A stretch of DNA of 58,460 bases, filler included, from Bipalium vagum (Eukaryota): NCBI GenBank assembly GCA_037834085.1. It is 3 parts of 3 records of this genome, joined end to end, with 100 filler letters (N's around TTAATTAATTAA, not from the genome) between each part and the next. Parts side by side here need not be neighbours in the genome. Positions count along the whole stretch, not along the records: positions 1 to 22,139 come from JBBMKC010226436.1; 2 more parts are not named here. The stretch is one strand, 5' to 3'. The notes beneath the pieces are model-generated. The model saw nothing but the letters and a program-made list of their open reading frames with translations, had not been told where the DNA came from and searched no databases. Positions 1-11,400 of the stretch are shown piece after piece. Both the position numbers and the translations under genes were made by a program. The first letter of the stretch is position 1, and each line of letters starts with the position of its first letter.

Positions 1-3000
1 TTTATTTAATTAATTTTAAATTAATAATTAATAATTAAAATGCATGATTTTAAATTGGCCAGCGTATTAACTAAACCTTATTTTTCGCCAAAAGTTTATT
101 TATAAAAATTAAGAGATTGGAGTTGAACCTCAACAACTGTGACATTTTAAACTTTGATGATGACATCCACTTAAGATGCTTAATTCTAATTAATTAATTT
201 GACTCAAAATCTTATATTATTGGTAAGAAATAAATCTATGATACCACCAAAATACTTAAAGATCCTATCTCGTTAAATCATTTTAATAACTCGAAATCCA
301 AAACGATTTAAGGTATTTTAGTTCATTGCTTTAGCTTAATTATAAAGTCGAATAAAATAATTAATAACATAGAATTATGATCAATAATGTCACTTTCTAA
401 TTAAAGCAAAGACAAATAACGTACCACTATAAAATAACCTACATAGAATTAAACCTAAACCTCTTTTATTATGTAGAAAATATAATAAACATGTAGAAAC
501 CTAGGCCCACATTTCAAATCATTATAAATCATTTCCTTTAGGCTAAAATGTCTTAGAAGGATATAAAAATTATTTAAGAGATATGGAATTTGATGTTAAT
601 ATTAACTTAAAACCAATAGGACTTGAAAAAAAAATAAGTTAGACCAGACATCATTATTCGAGATAATTTTTATAAATAATTCATTTATTAGTGATATGGA
701 AATAAAATTTTAAAATGTTAGGGACAAAAATTTTGAAAAATACAGTCATTCATTTATAACTTCACCATCGATTACTTCACAAATTTTATATTTTCAGTCT
801 TTTTTAGTCCCAATTTTATTGCTTTCAATTTATATGAAAAGACTTTATAACTTATAATAATTATATAGTGATTTTTAAATGCACACATTTTAAGTACACT
901 TTTAAATAGTATTTGTTTAAATAATAAACAGGTTTCCAATATTTTATAATTAAGTAAACTGTCAAAATAAATGCTTAGCAATTTGTGAAATAAAGTAATC
1001 AGGTTTGCGAAACAGTAGAAAAATACCCAAAAGATTTATCTAAGGAATTCAAAATAACAGTTGACAGAATAAAAATTTTGAAAGTTGCAGAAAATGTATT
1101 GAAAAATGCTGATAAATCGTCCATACAAATGGAAAAAATGCAGAAATATAACATTCTTATCAGTCAGTTAATCAGAGCATCATGTGCAAATATTTTCCTC
1201 TTTTAAAACAAACATTGTCAGATTACTCAGTAAATGATAAAGAGCTTGTATCTGAAATGAACAATGAAACAAATAGAATGCAAGAATTAATAAATAAATT
1301 ACTTGTTGAAAACAGATTGGGCATAATAAATATATTTTTGTTGAAGAAAATATCAACTGTGGGTGAAAATGAAGAGGATGATTTTGAGAGATATAAAAAT
1401 AAATGAAAATAACATTGACTTGGAACATTAAGAAAAAAAATTTCTGAGTTTAAATTATTAAATGCATGCAAATGTTTGATAAAATAATTAGAACAACACC
1501 CTGCAGATAATTGGTCAAAAATCAAAGGAATTCTTTCAATTCAAAGAGAACTTGATTTAAAAATAGAAGGGGAAAAAACAAATGACGTTATTGAATTATT
1601 TTACATAAATATATTAATATTCAAATAAATATTAACCAAACTGAATTTAATTCTGATTCTAAAATAATCGAATCAATTTATTCACCCCAAAAGAAAACTC
1701 CTTTCACAATAATGTCACTTTGAATTAATTCTCTTTGGTCCTTGTTCTCGGCTTAATTCTAAATTTTGGTAAATTTGTTCTCTTGCATCACTTTTGTTCT
1801 GATTTTTTTCTGCTGTGGGAAATCTGGTAGTTGCTTATATATTCTCCATTTGGTCAATCGCTAATCATAGCAGAGATATCTTCCCTCTTTTGATTTTGCC
1901 TACTCAGAAACCAAACGTGTTTGCCACAGCTGAATAATTAAATGGATTAGGGTTCCTAAAAATCATCTATGAAAATAAATATTTATTTTTTTAATATGGA
2001 AAAGTGATATTTATTATTTATCAATTCTCCGTTTGTTATAATAATATTATTATCATGATAGCACAAAAATAATTAACTGAATATTATATAATATAATATT
2101 ATCGTTATGATAAAATAAAATCTAACTTCTCTAAAAAAAGAATCAAATTATAATTGAAACAGTATCAGAAAATATATAAATTTCTCAATATTTCCATCAA
2201 TATATTCCTTAAATGTCAGAACAACAGTGATTATTTATGTTGCGATAGATAATATTTACTGTCTAGTAAGCATATTCTTGTTGTTTTTATTTCACCAATA
2301 AATGATTAGTAAACGTTCGACCAAGTCAGATAATAGTAAACGTACATACTCACAATCTCGATTTTCCGACAAATATCCAATCAAATAATTCCTCCTTCAA
2401 TTACTCGTCACACACATGCACCGACGCAAGACACAAAAACACGTCTTACGGTCTCAAATGGATCCGTTCGGTTGCCAACAGATATCAGATGTCAGTGGAT
2501 AAAATCGTTGTTGGTTGCTTTGGCTCATGGGACCAAAAGAAGACAGATTTAAATAAAAAATTAAATAAATAATTTATGAGTTAAAAAAGCAATTCAAGAA
2601 TCATATAATTTATATTTAAATCATGTCTTTAAATAGAATAGAACTAATTTTGAGTCATTTGAAATCTAAAAAATTAAATAAAATAATAAAATATCAATCA
2701 TTTTTGTAACCAAGATGATTTTAAACAGTTATTTTGACAAATGCCTAAATATTTAGCAATTCAATAAAATCTTGTTTGATAGTCTTACTTGATTATTTTT
2801 ATGGTTTCCTCGTCTTTATTTGCGCTTGGTTGACCAGAATCTTACAACTCAGAGTTGTTTTGATGAAATTGTACAAACTACTCAAGTATTGTTTTTTCTG
2901 ATATGGTATTGTTGGGATCCAAGTTAAAACTGGTAAAAAAACCAGACAGGTCCAACACAAAATCAAAAGAAATATGTCCCAGAGATCGCTGACGAACCTC

Positions 3001-3189
3001 AGGAGCTGATTGAGAGTGATGTCAGCTCTCAGAAATTAGTGACCGATATTCGAAACATTTGAATTTGAATTTACATTTGATTTTACATTTTATATTTGAA
3101 TTGATTTTAATATGTATGAAAAGGCTTCGTAAGGCCTACTATATTCTTAATTTATATTTCTGAATAAAGAAATGTGATTTATATTTTAT

Positions 3190-4119
3190 GTTGTAAAAAA
3201 TAAAGTTATAAATAATAATAATTTTTAAAAAAGTTAAATTTTTAATTAAAAATTTGAATTAAATATATAAGCCGTGGAGTTAGATATTAATTAAAATATT
3301 AACCCACATGATTAATCACCATTATTATTATGGAAATAAAATAACTTACCATAAATAAATGTTGTGGAAGCAGGGCTAATAAATATAGTAAGTTCTATAG
3401 TATAAATAACCACATATAAATAACCATATAGTAAAAATATTAACCACCTACGCAATTTCTATTATTAGTAAGAAAAACTTACTTAAAATAGAAACCGACC
3501 ACACATAAATTTATATTTAGTAGGTTAAAATAGAGCCAACGAGAAGCTCTAGAATGTGGAAAACCGGAGTATATAAACTCCTGGTTTTCACATTCAAAAC
3601 GCCCTTAATCAATCTGAGAATACGCTTACAGCTATTTAAATTAAAGATATTTTTAAGACTCCGGTAATAATAATAGGTAAGGAATTTATATTAATTTCAA
3701 AAGTGTTAAACCGATTGACTTAAACTTAAATAATTAATTAGCATTTATTTAGTGAATGAAAGAAATTCTTCTCATCACTGACTTTTTAATATTTTCTTTA
3801 TTCTTTATTTATTTTTCTCTCTCTAATTCGATTCTGCTTCCCTCTAGGCGACAGAATACGGATTTTTGTTATCAGGACTTCTTCGACTATCGTAAAACCA
3901 AGAAGATATTTTATAAATTAATTAATCGTTTGTAATTTTGAATATTTTTTGATTGATTGAATATATTTTTAACATTGCATTTGTGATAAAAAATATACTT
4001 TATTTTGTTAATCGCTTTGTTTATTCTTGAGTTTTCTATTATTTACACTTCTTTCGAAGTGTAAAGCTCGAGTTGTAAGCTCCTTTGTGACATCTTAGCT
4101 TGCGACCTAGACCGTTACA
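3190..4119 (+). mobile_element. Probable solo LTR (boundaries approximate)
   Basis: Non-coding. Short AACCAC-type tandem repeats at 3290-3510, TATA-like TATATAA inside an inverted repeat at 3552-3595, and an end in ...CCGTTACA (4119). No TSD confirmed. Confidence 0.35.
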
Positions 4120-4855
4120 GTATCAAATACATCTTTTTAAGGACACATACTTTTTTGATGGTATACATAACATTTCTTTTTGAGGACACCTTTAGGTTGT
4201 CTAATATATAAAATACAGAGTTAATAACTGAATTAATTATAGTTTGTTAAATTAAGGTTTAAGTATTTCAAAATAAAATATATTTAACCCAATGAAATGA
4301 TTGATTACGAATAACTGAATAGAAAAGCTTCTTTGTAAAGGAATGATGCCTTTAGGTTTTAAGTACAAGGAAATCTAAAGGAGAAAACTTTGCAATTGTC
4401 CAACTCTTTCAGTTTAATTGATCAAAATCTTCTTATGATAAGTAAAAAAGCACAAAATTTTCAAATATTTTCTATGCAGCCGATGCCTGAGAGAAGGTAA
4501 GCTGAAAAAACTTTGATTTCAAAAACGAGCTACAAATATTTTGTTTAATTTCAAGATTTGATAAAATACTTTTTAAATTCAGTTTTTTATTCATACAGCA
4601 GACAAGTATTGACTTCTAACATTCTATTTTTTCCGTTTATATTAATATTACTTAAATATTAAAGTAATTCATAAAATATTTAAGGTCAAATTAATATTAT
4701 CTTTGAGATCTTTTTTATGAGGAATAAATGTTGATTTTTTTTAATCCTGAGTAATTTACGTAATTCTAAGTTTTACATTATGCTTAACAAAATTTTATAT
4801 ATTTTAATTGACGTATTTTGTTTAAATATTTCGTGTGGTTCCAAAAACTTGCCTC

Positions 4856-6471
4856 ATGTCTCATACTGATGTTTTATTTCGCGAATTACACTCCGATGAA
4901 TTACCAGATATTATGAAAATTGAAAGCCTATGTGTTAATTGCTTTGAAAACGTAAGATTATCTGAAAATCATAATCATTCAAGCTCATTCAATAGGGTGA
5001 AACAAAATTACTATTAATAAAAATTCCATTTTTTCGTGATGTGATAATTTCTTCATTTGAGTGTGAGCATTGTAATTACCAAAACAGGAACATAGACGCC
5101 AATGCTGTCATCCAAGCAAAAGGTGTTAAAATCACTTTGAAAATTGTCAGTAAGACTGATTTGAACCGTCGCATGGTTCGAAGCAAAACATCAATATTCA
5201 ATATTCCACACTTGGAAGCATCTTTTCCAATTCAAGAAGGAGGTAGTTAATAGTTGAAATAAATAAGTTTTAATAGTTTATTAGCATTGACCACGATTGA
5301 AGGATCGATTCAGACAATCATCGAGAATATCGAATCTCTCCAAGATGAACGAAGGGTTTGGATTTAATAATCAAAATTTAATAACTTTTGGGAATCTTTT
5401 CAGATTGCTCAGCCGGAACTTGCTCACCAATTGGATGAATTCATTGACAAATTAAGACGGTTACTCAACACTGACGATGAATTCATCGTCGAATTAATTG
5501 ATCCAACCGGAAATTCTGTTATTGAGAATCTTATTGCTCCGAGAACTGACCCACAGATGACAATCGAACATTACAAACGGTCTCAAGAAGAAAACTTGGC
5601 GTTGGCTATAAATGAGGACGCTTTTCCAGAAGATGAAAGTGTTGATAACAAAGTAATTTTAATAAATTTTTATTTTTTGGCAACACATAAATTTGAAAAT
5701 AATGAAGAATTACGTCCAAGAAGCTCAAGATGAGTTCAATCCGAAAAATGAAGTATTGATTTTTCAATTAAACTGTCCCGAGTGCAATTATCTCATTGAA
5801 GGTCGAATGAAAGTGCTGGGTGTGTTTTGAAATTTTTTAAATCTATTGAGAATTCTTATTTTGTCAGATATTCCTCATTTCAAAGAAGTTATTGTAATGG
5901 CGAGCAATTGTGAAAATTGCGGTTTCAAGGAGAACGAAGTGAAAGGCGGTTGTGGGATTGCCGAAAAAGGAAGAAGAATCACTTTAAAAATTGATACTGC
6001 CGACGATTTGACCAGGGATTTTTTGAAGTCCGATACTGCTGGAATACGGATTCCAGAATTAGACGTGGAAACAGAGTGCGGTACTCTGGGTGGCCGATTC
6101 ACAACCGTTGAAGGAATCCTCCGTCAGATGGCTGACAAATTGCTCGAGACAAATCCATTCCTGCACGGTGACAGTGCCAATGAAGACGACAGGAGTGCTA
6201 TTTTGTGTAATTTGATTAAATCTCTGCAGGACGTTGCCAGTGGCAAAAAATTTGGTGTTACTCTCATCATCGAAGATCCGGCCGGAGGTAGCTATATTCA
6301 GGTACTCATCATTGATGTAATATCTGGTCATTATTTAAAATTGATTTGAAGGACATTTTTACCCCCGAAATTGATCCAAGATTGATTGTGGAAGATTATG
6401 AACGCTCGTTCCAAGAAAACGAAGATCTTGGATTGAATGACATGCGAACAACGGACTATATAAGTCAATAA
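4856..6471 (+). CDS. ZPR1: Zinc finger protein ZPR1, 7 exons (4856-4951, 4996-5242, 5285-5355, 5404-5652, 5708-5819, 5868-6301, 6352-6471)
   Basis: Two Zn-finger/A-B modules: [36 protein letters not shown] and NCPEC...DIPHFKEVIVMASNCENCG, plus GGRFTTVEG, DPAGGSYIQ and C-terminal ENEDLGLNDMRTTDY. All introns are GT-AG, 42-55 nt, and splice in frame. Confidence 0.96.
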
Positions 6472-7329
6472 AACTTCGATTTTCTGATGTAGTTTCTTTT
6501 TTGGAAAATAAGAACTGTATTGATGAAAATATTTTTTTGATTTTTAAAGATCGACAAATTTTCTTAATATAATTTTTTATTGTAAAATAATATTATATTT
6601 ACATTTTTAATAAATTAATTATCAATAGACCTTTATCAAAAATATTCAACGCTAAATTTTAAGATTTAAGTTTTTTGAAGTTTCGAAAATAGTTTTAAAA
6701 ATGCAACAACTATCAATTTTGTCTTTAAATTTATGGAATAGTTCTGGTGTTTTAAAAATATATTAAGCACAGGTTTAATAATGAATTATTTTAATTTAAT
6801 ATAATTTAGATTGATTTTTTCATTTTATGCTTAATTGATTAACTTTATGGAAAGAAAATTAATTTTACAGTTTTATGTTTATAAATGAAACCTTTATGTA
6901 TGAAATTATATTTAAATTGTTTTCATGCCAATTTCCAAATTTAAAAAAATCTTCATTGTACTTAAGTAAATGCACTTGTTCACTATCTCTCCCATTTTGT
7001 TAAACAACTGATTTTGGGATATATTTTGATTAGGTAGGTATGGTAAACAAGTGCAAAATAAATTATCTAACCATTCTGTCAAACTATAAGAGTTAAAATC
7101 AGTCTTACGAAGTTTTTATAATTATAATTTCTTAAACTGACATGAAACAAATGCTCATTTATTTTTGTCTTACAAAAATAGTAAAGAAAATCGTTTTCGA
7201 AAAGATCTCAATAATTTTTAGATGATGGAGTCAGTATTCATCAATTGATTAGAAATAATTAAGAATTGATTGATATAACGAGTGTAAGTAAAATATTTTT
7301 GAAATAATTCATTCTACCTAACCTATAAA

Positions 7330-8280
7330 AGTTTAATTATTTTAAGGACATTGTATGAATAACTAATTTGATTACTTAAAAAATGGTGCAGTGATTGTTT
7401 CAAAAGTTCGGTGCCTGAGATTTCTCTTTTAAAAATATGACACGTGGTCTACCTGAGACAATAGTGAATCAAACTGAATTGAAGCTGTAGTGGGGAAGGA
7501 TCCATCTCAAAGTACTCAATAGTTAGGGTTGAAATTCAAGGTGTCCATCCATTATGTATATTTCCATTTGAAACAAATTAACAAGGTTAAAATTGTCATA
7601 AATTATGCGGATATCGGAAAACAAATCGTCTTCAAACTTGTCTTTCTTTCTTTTTACGACATAAGTATTGTATCGTGACGTGTCACGAAAAATTGATTAG
7701 ATTCGACAGTCGCATGCGGTCATCTCAATGTTTGGATAAAAATGAAGCTCCCAGATCCTGTCCAAAGCCGAACGTTCACCAAAAGAAAATCATTGTATCT
7801 ACATTTTCAAAAATATGAAACAGAAATTAACAGAAACATATTGTACCTAATTAAAGGATATGAGGTCACTGGCTATTAAGCAGCTGAGATTGGTCAATCG
7901 AAAAGCCAATTCTCTTGCAAGACAACACTGAACTGCATGTTGCAAAAGCAAAGCTGCTCTAACTGCAGGAGCTGAAAACTCTAATATTCACCGTATTCAC
8001 CAGATCTTGAGCCAGTTGATTATCATGTTTTCCGAGCTTAGTATCATTTCTTGGTTGTAAAAATATTCAATACAGAAGCGACTGCGAAAAACGCCTCTCA
8101 TTATTTCATCGCCACTCAATCAGCAGACTTCTTCGCTGTTGGAATAAGCAAGTCACCATTAAGATGTCAAAACTATATTGATAGTTTTGGTGATTATTGA
8201 GTAAATACATCGTTTTTTGCTTGTGTTGCAAATCAAAATTTTGATTAAATATCCGACATTTCATACTTAATGACCAAATA
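7330..8280 (+). mobile_element. Decayed mariner transposon
   Basis: Remnant motifs IVTCHEK and YSPDLEPVDYHVFR (YSPDLAP-like). 3' TIR-like end ATCCGACATTTCATACTTAATGACCAAA followed by TA. Many stops and frameshifts; 5' boundary approximate. Confidence 0.8.
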
Positions 8281-8431
8281 TAATAACATGTATAAATATA
8301 AATTTCATTTTATCGCACTATCAAAAATAACTAACAAAATTTAAAATAAAGTTAATTTTATTCAGCCATAATTTAATTATATAAAATTTATTAGATTTAT
8401 ATATACATTTTAATCATCTGTAAAACAATTG

Positions 8432-11400
8432 TCAATTGGCAAAAAATACATCATATTTCGTTAAATATCTATCAATTTTGAACTTATTCCTGATCGTCTC
8501 CATAAATATAAGAATTGCCGTGGTGTTTGGTTGTCTTAAATCTTGGAATGGTAAAAAATAAACGCAATAGGAATCATAAGTCTTAAATAAAAAAGAATTT
8601 GCAAATCTTCTGGAAATTAAGGACGTCATGCTTTCAATAAGATCATCTTTCCAGTTATCTTGGGATATAAATATCGTTAAATAATAACCAAGTTTTGATT
8701 GCAAAATGGCCTCGACAAATTTTCCATGGAATTCAAGCTTGTCATTAGCCAATATCAAAATGTTAGTCAGAACTTGTTTTAATTCCGTAACCTCTGGAGC
8801 AGTAATTAGCAACGTACAATTATTGCTTTTAGCTTTTTCGATCAGATAAATTACGCCCTGAATTGACAAAGTATCGAGTTTTGATAAAGGATCGTCCATT
8901 ATTATCAGTTCTGGAAACCCGATGAAAGAAATGGCAATATTTAGTTTTTTGATATTGGTTTTTGTCAAATCTTTTACCCGAAAACTCCTATCATTATTCA
9001 GTAACAATACTGTCAACAAGTCATCTAATATATTATCTAAATTCTCTTCCGACTGCAACTTTAACCTGCTCCAATAAATTAAGGTTTCTTCAACAGTTAA
9101 ATCCGATATATAAAATAATTTCTCCGAACAATAACCGACCCTGACATTGTTTTTCTTGAAACCTAATATACATATCAGATGATTAAACAGATATACTCCA
9201 CCAGTTGTCGGATGAACTTTCCCCAATATGATATTTAGCAAATGAGTTTTTCCAGTATTGTTTCGACCTATTATTCCCCACACAGCCCCTGGTTTAAACT
9301 CAATATTAATTTTCTCAAAGTACCGTTTCTTGTCCAGAACCAGACTGACATTGTTCAGAGCTAAAAATGAATGGTTAGTGGAAATGTACTTTTCCTTTTC
9401 CTGTTTAAAGGGAAAAGTTCCGAAATGGAAACTGTTGTAATATTCCTTGAATTTGTAACCATGATAATGACAGACAAATAAAATAAACAAATATACAATC
9501 CACTGGACGATCAACATTCCCTTCAGATTTTCAATATCATTTTTAATAGCCGGCTTAAGTGCTGCGTTGAGATTGGCAGCGGGAAATATGAACTTGAACA
9601 TTTTATCCAGCGAATAATACTTGGTGTCCTTCAATTTCAAACCGCCATAGCTAAATTTCTGTATTTTAATGACGTAATTAATCATGTATATAGCATTTAA
9701 ATAGAATATTATGAATATGTCAATACAGTTCAATATAAACATCAAAATCGGATTATAATTAGATAAATATTGCAAAAGTAATTTAAAAGATGAATCTGCT
9801 AAAGCAAATAATAAAAACACACTCATAAGATTCATCGTATCACCTTTGATATTTGTTAAACGATAATCATTGATCACATACAAAAACAAAATCATAAAAC
9901 ACGTCATGAGTAAATAGAGAAAGATATCGATGAAATACGTTGGCAAGTGGATGATGGAAAAGTGTATCCCGGCCAAATTATGGATCACATAGAACTTCCT
10001 ATTGGCATTTTGGGCCACATATCTATATGTGGACAACGAAAACGCTAATAATATCACCATAATAAGCCGCAAAAGGTAGTTTATTTCGACGGCAAACTCT
10101 TGGACATCTAAATCAATTCGTTCAAAACGGGAAATGTTCAAGTATTTTGGAAACATCATTATTTTGTCTGCAATGTTTATTGCAAGAATCCTGGTCTCAA
10201 TATCGTTGGTAAGAATTGTGGCATTTATGACATTGTTGAGGCTGATGGTAAAAAAAGCTGCAAACAAAGTGAAATTGTTATACGACAAATAGTTTCGTTC
10301 GCCCTGATCGTACAACATTTTCTCAAACGTTTCCAAGCCTTTTTGTGTGTTATCATAATAGAATTGGAAAATATTTCTAACAAAATGAAACTTGGTTGTA
10401 AAATTGTTGAATATCAATTGACATTCGTACGTAGTTCCTTTGCAAGCAACAAATATCTGATGATTTTCATGGATTCCTTCCAAATAATCCGTTAAAAGAA
10501 ACCCGTTATCCAAAAACAAAACGGTCGGATGATTAAAGCTCACGGTATTGACCCAAATAATCAATACAATAATTGGCAATAAGAATTTCATTATCAATCG
10601 ATTGGGATATCGACGAAATATGAGAATTCTATGGAAAACAATCATAGAAAAATATCTCTTGAACAACAGTGATCGATGTCGAATTTTCTCTGGCACGAGA
10701 TCGCACTTTTCAAACTTGGTCTGAATCTCTTTGAATTTGTACTTTTTGTTTTTCAAAAACCTGTCATATGCATTGGCCAGCATTTGGCACATATTGACTG
10801 CCAGGAACTTGTAACGAAAAATTCCAATTTTTTTTCCATCAAGATTCAAAAGATTTGACAAATTCCAAATGATATCTATATCGATCTTCGGAACACTGAA
10901 ATAGGCAATGCCATGAGACATTTCATCGTAACGAATCATGGGGAAATTCTTTCTGATGTACATTTTCAATGTCTGATCATTGAAGCCCGGTTCCATGGAA
11001 CAGAGCAATTTGTAAAGAATTTTATTGGTAGTAAAGTTTTCCGTGTCTGTGTGTGCTACTTTGTGACCATTTACAAGGACGAGAACCGAGTCAGAGTTAT
11101 ATTCGATGATATTGGCATTGGCACTGGTATAGATAATTGTTTTCGAGAGTTTTTGATTGATCAGCAGCGCACAAACGTTTTGTTTCCAAATCCAGTCCAA
11201 CCCTTCCATAGGATCGTCCAATAGCACGATGGGTCTGTCGGACAAAAAACTGCATATGATATTGACAACCCGGACAATCGATAGGGGACAATTTTCTAGA
11301 GCCGTTGTGAAGTACGTTTTCAAATCACAAATCTTAATGAATTCCTTCAACCGCTTTTGTAAAAGTCCAACATTGGTACCGTTTCTATGGATAATCAATT

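Noticed and set aside
5875-6331. Minus-strand ORFs within ZPR1 exon 6
   Set aside because: Antisense shadows of the ZPR1 exon.
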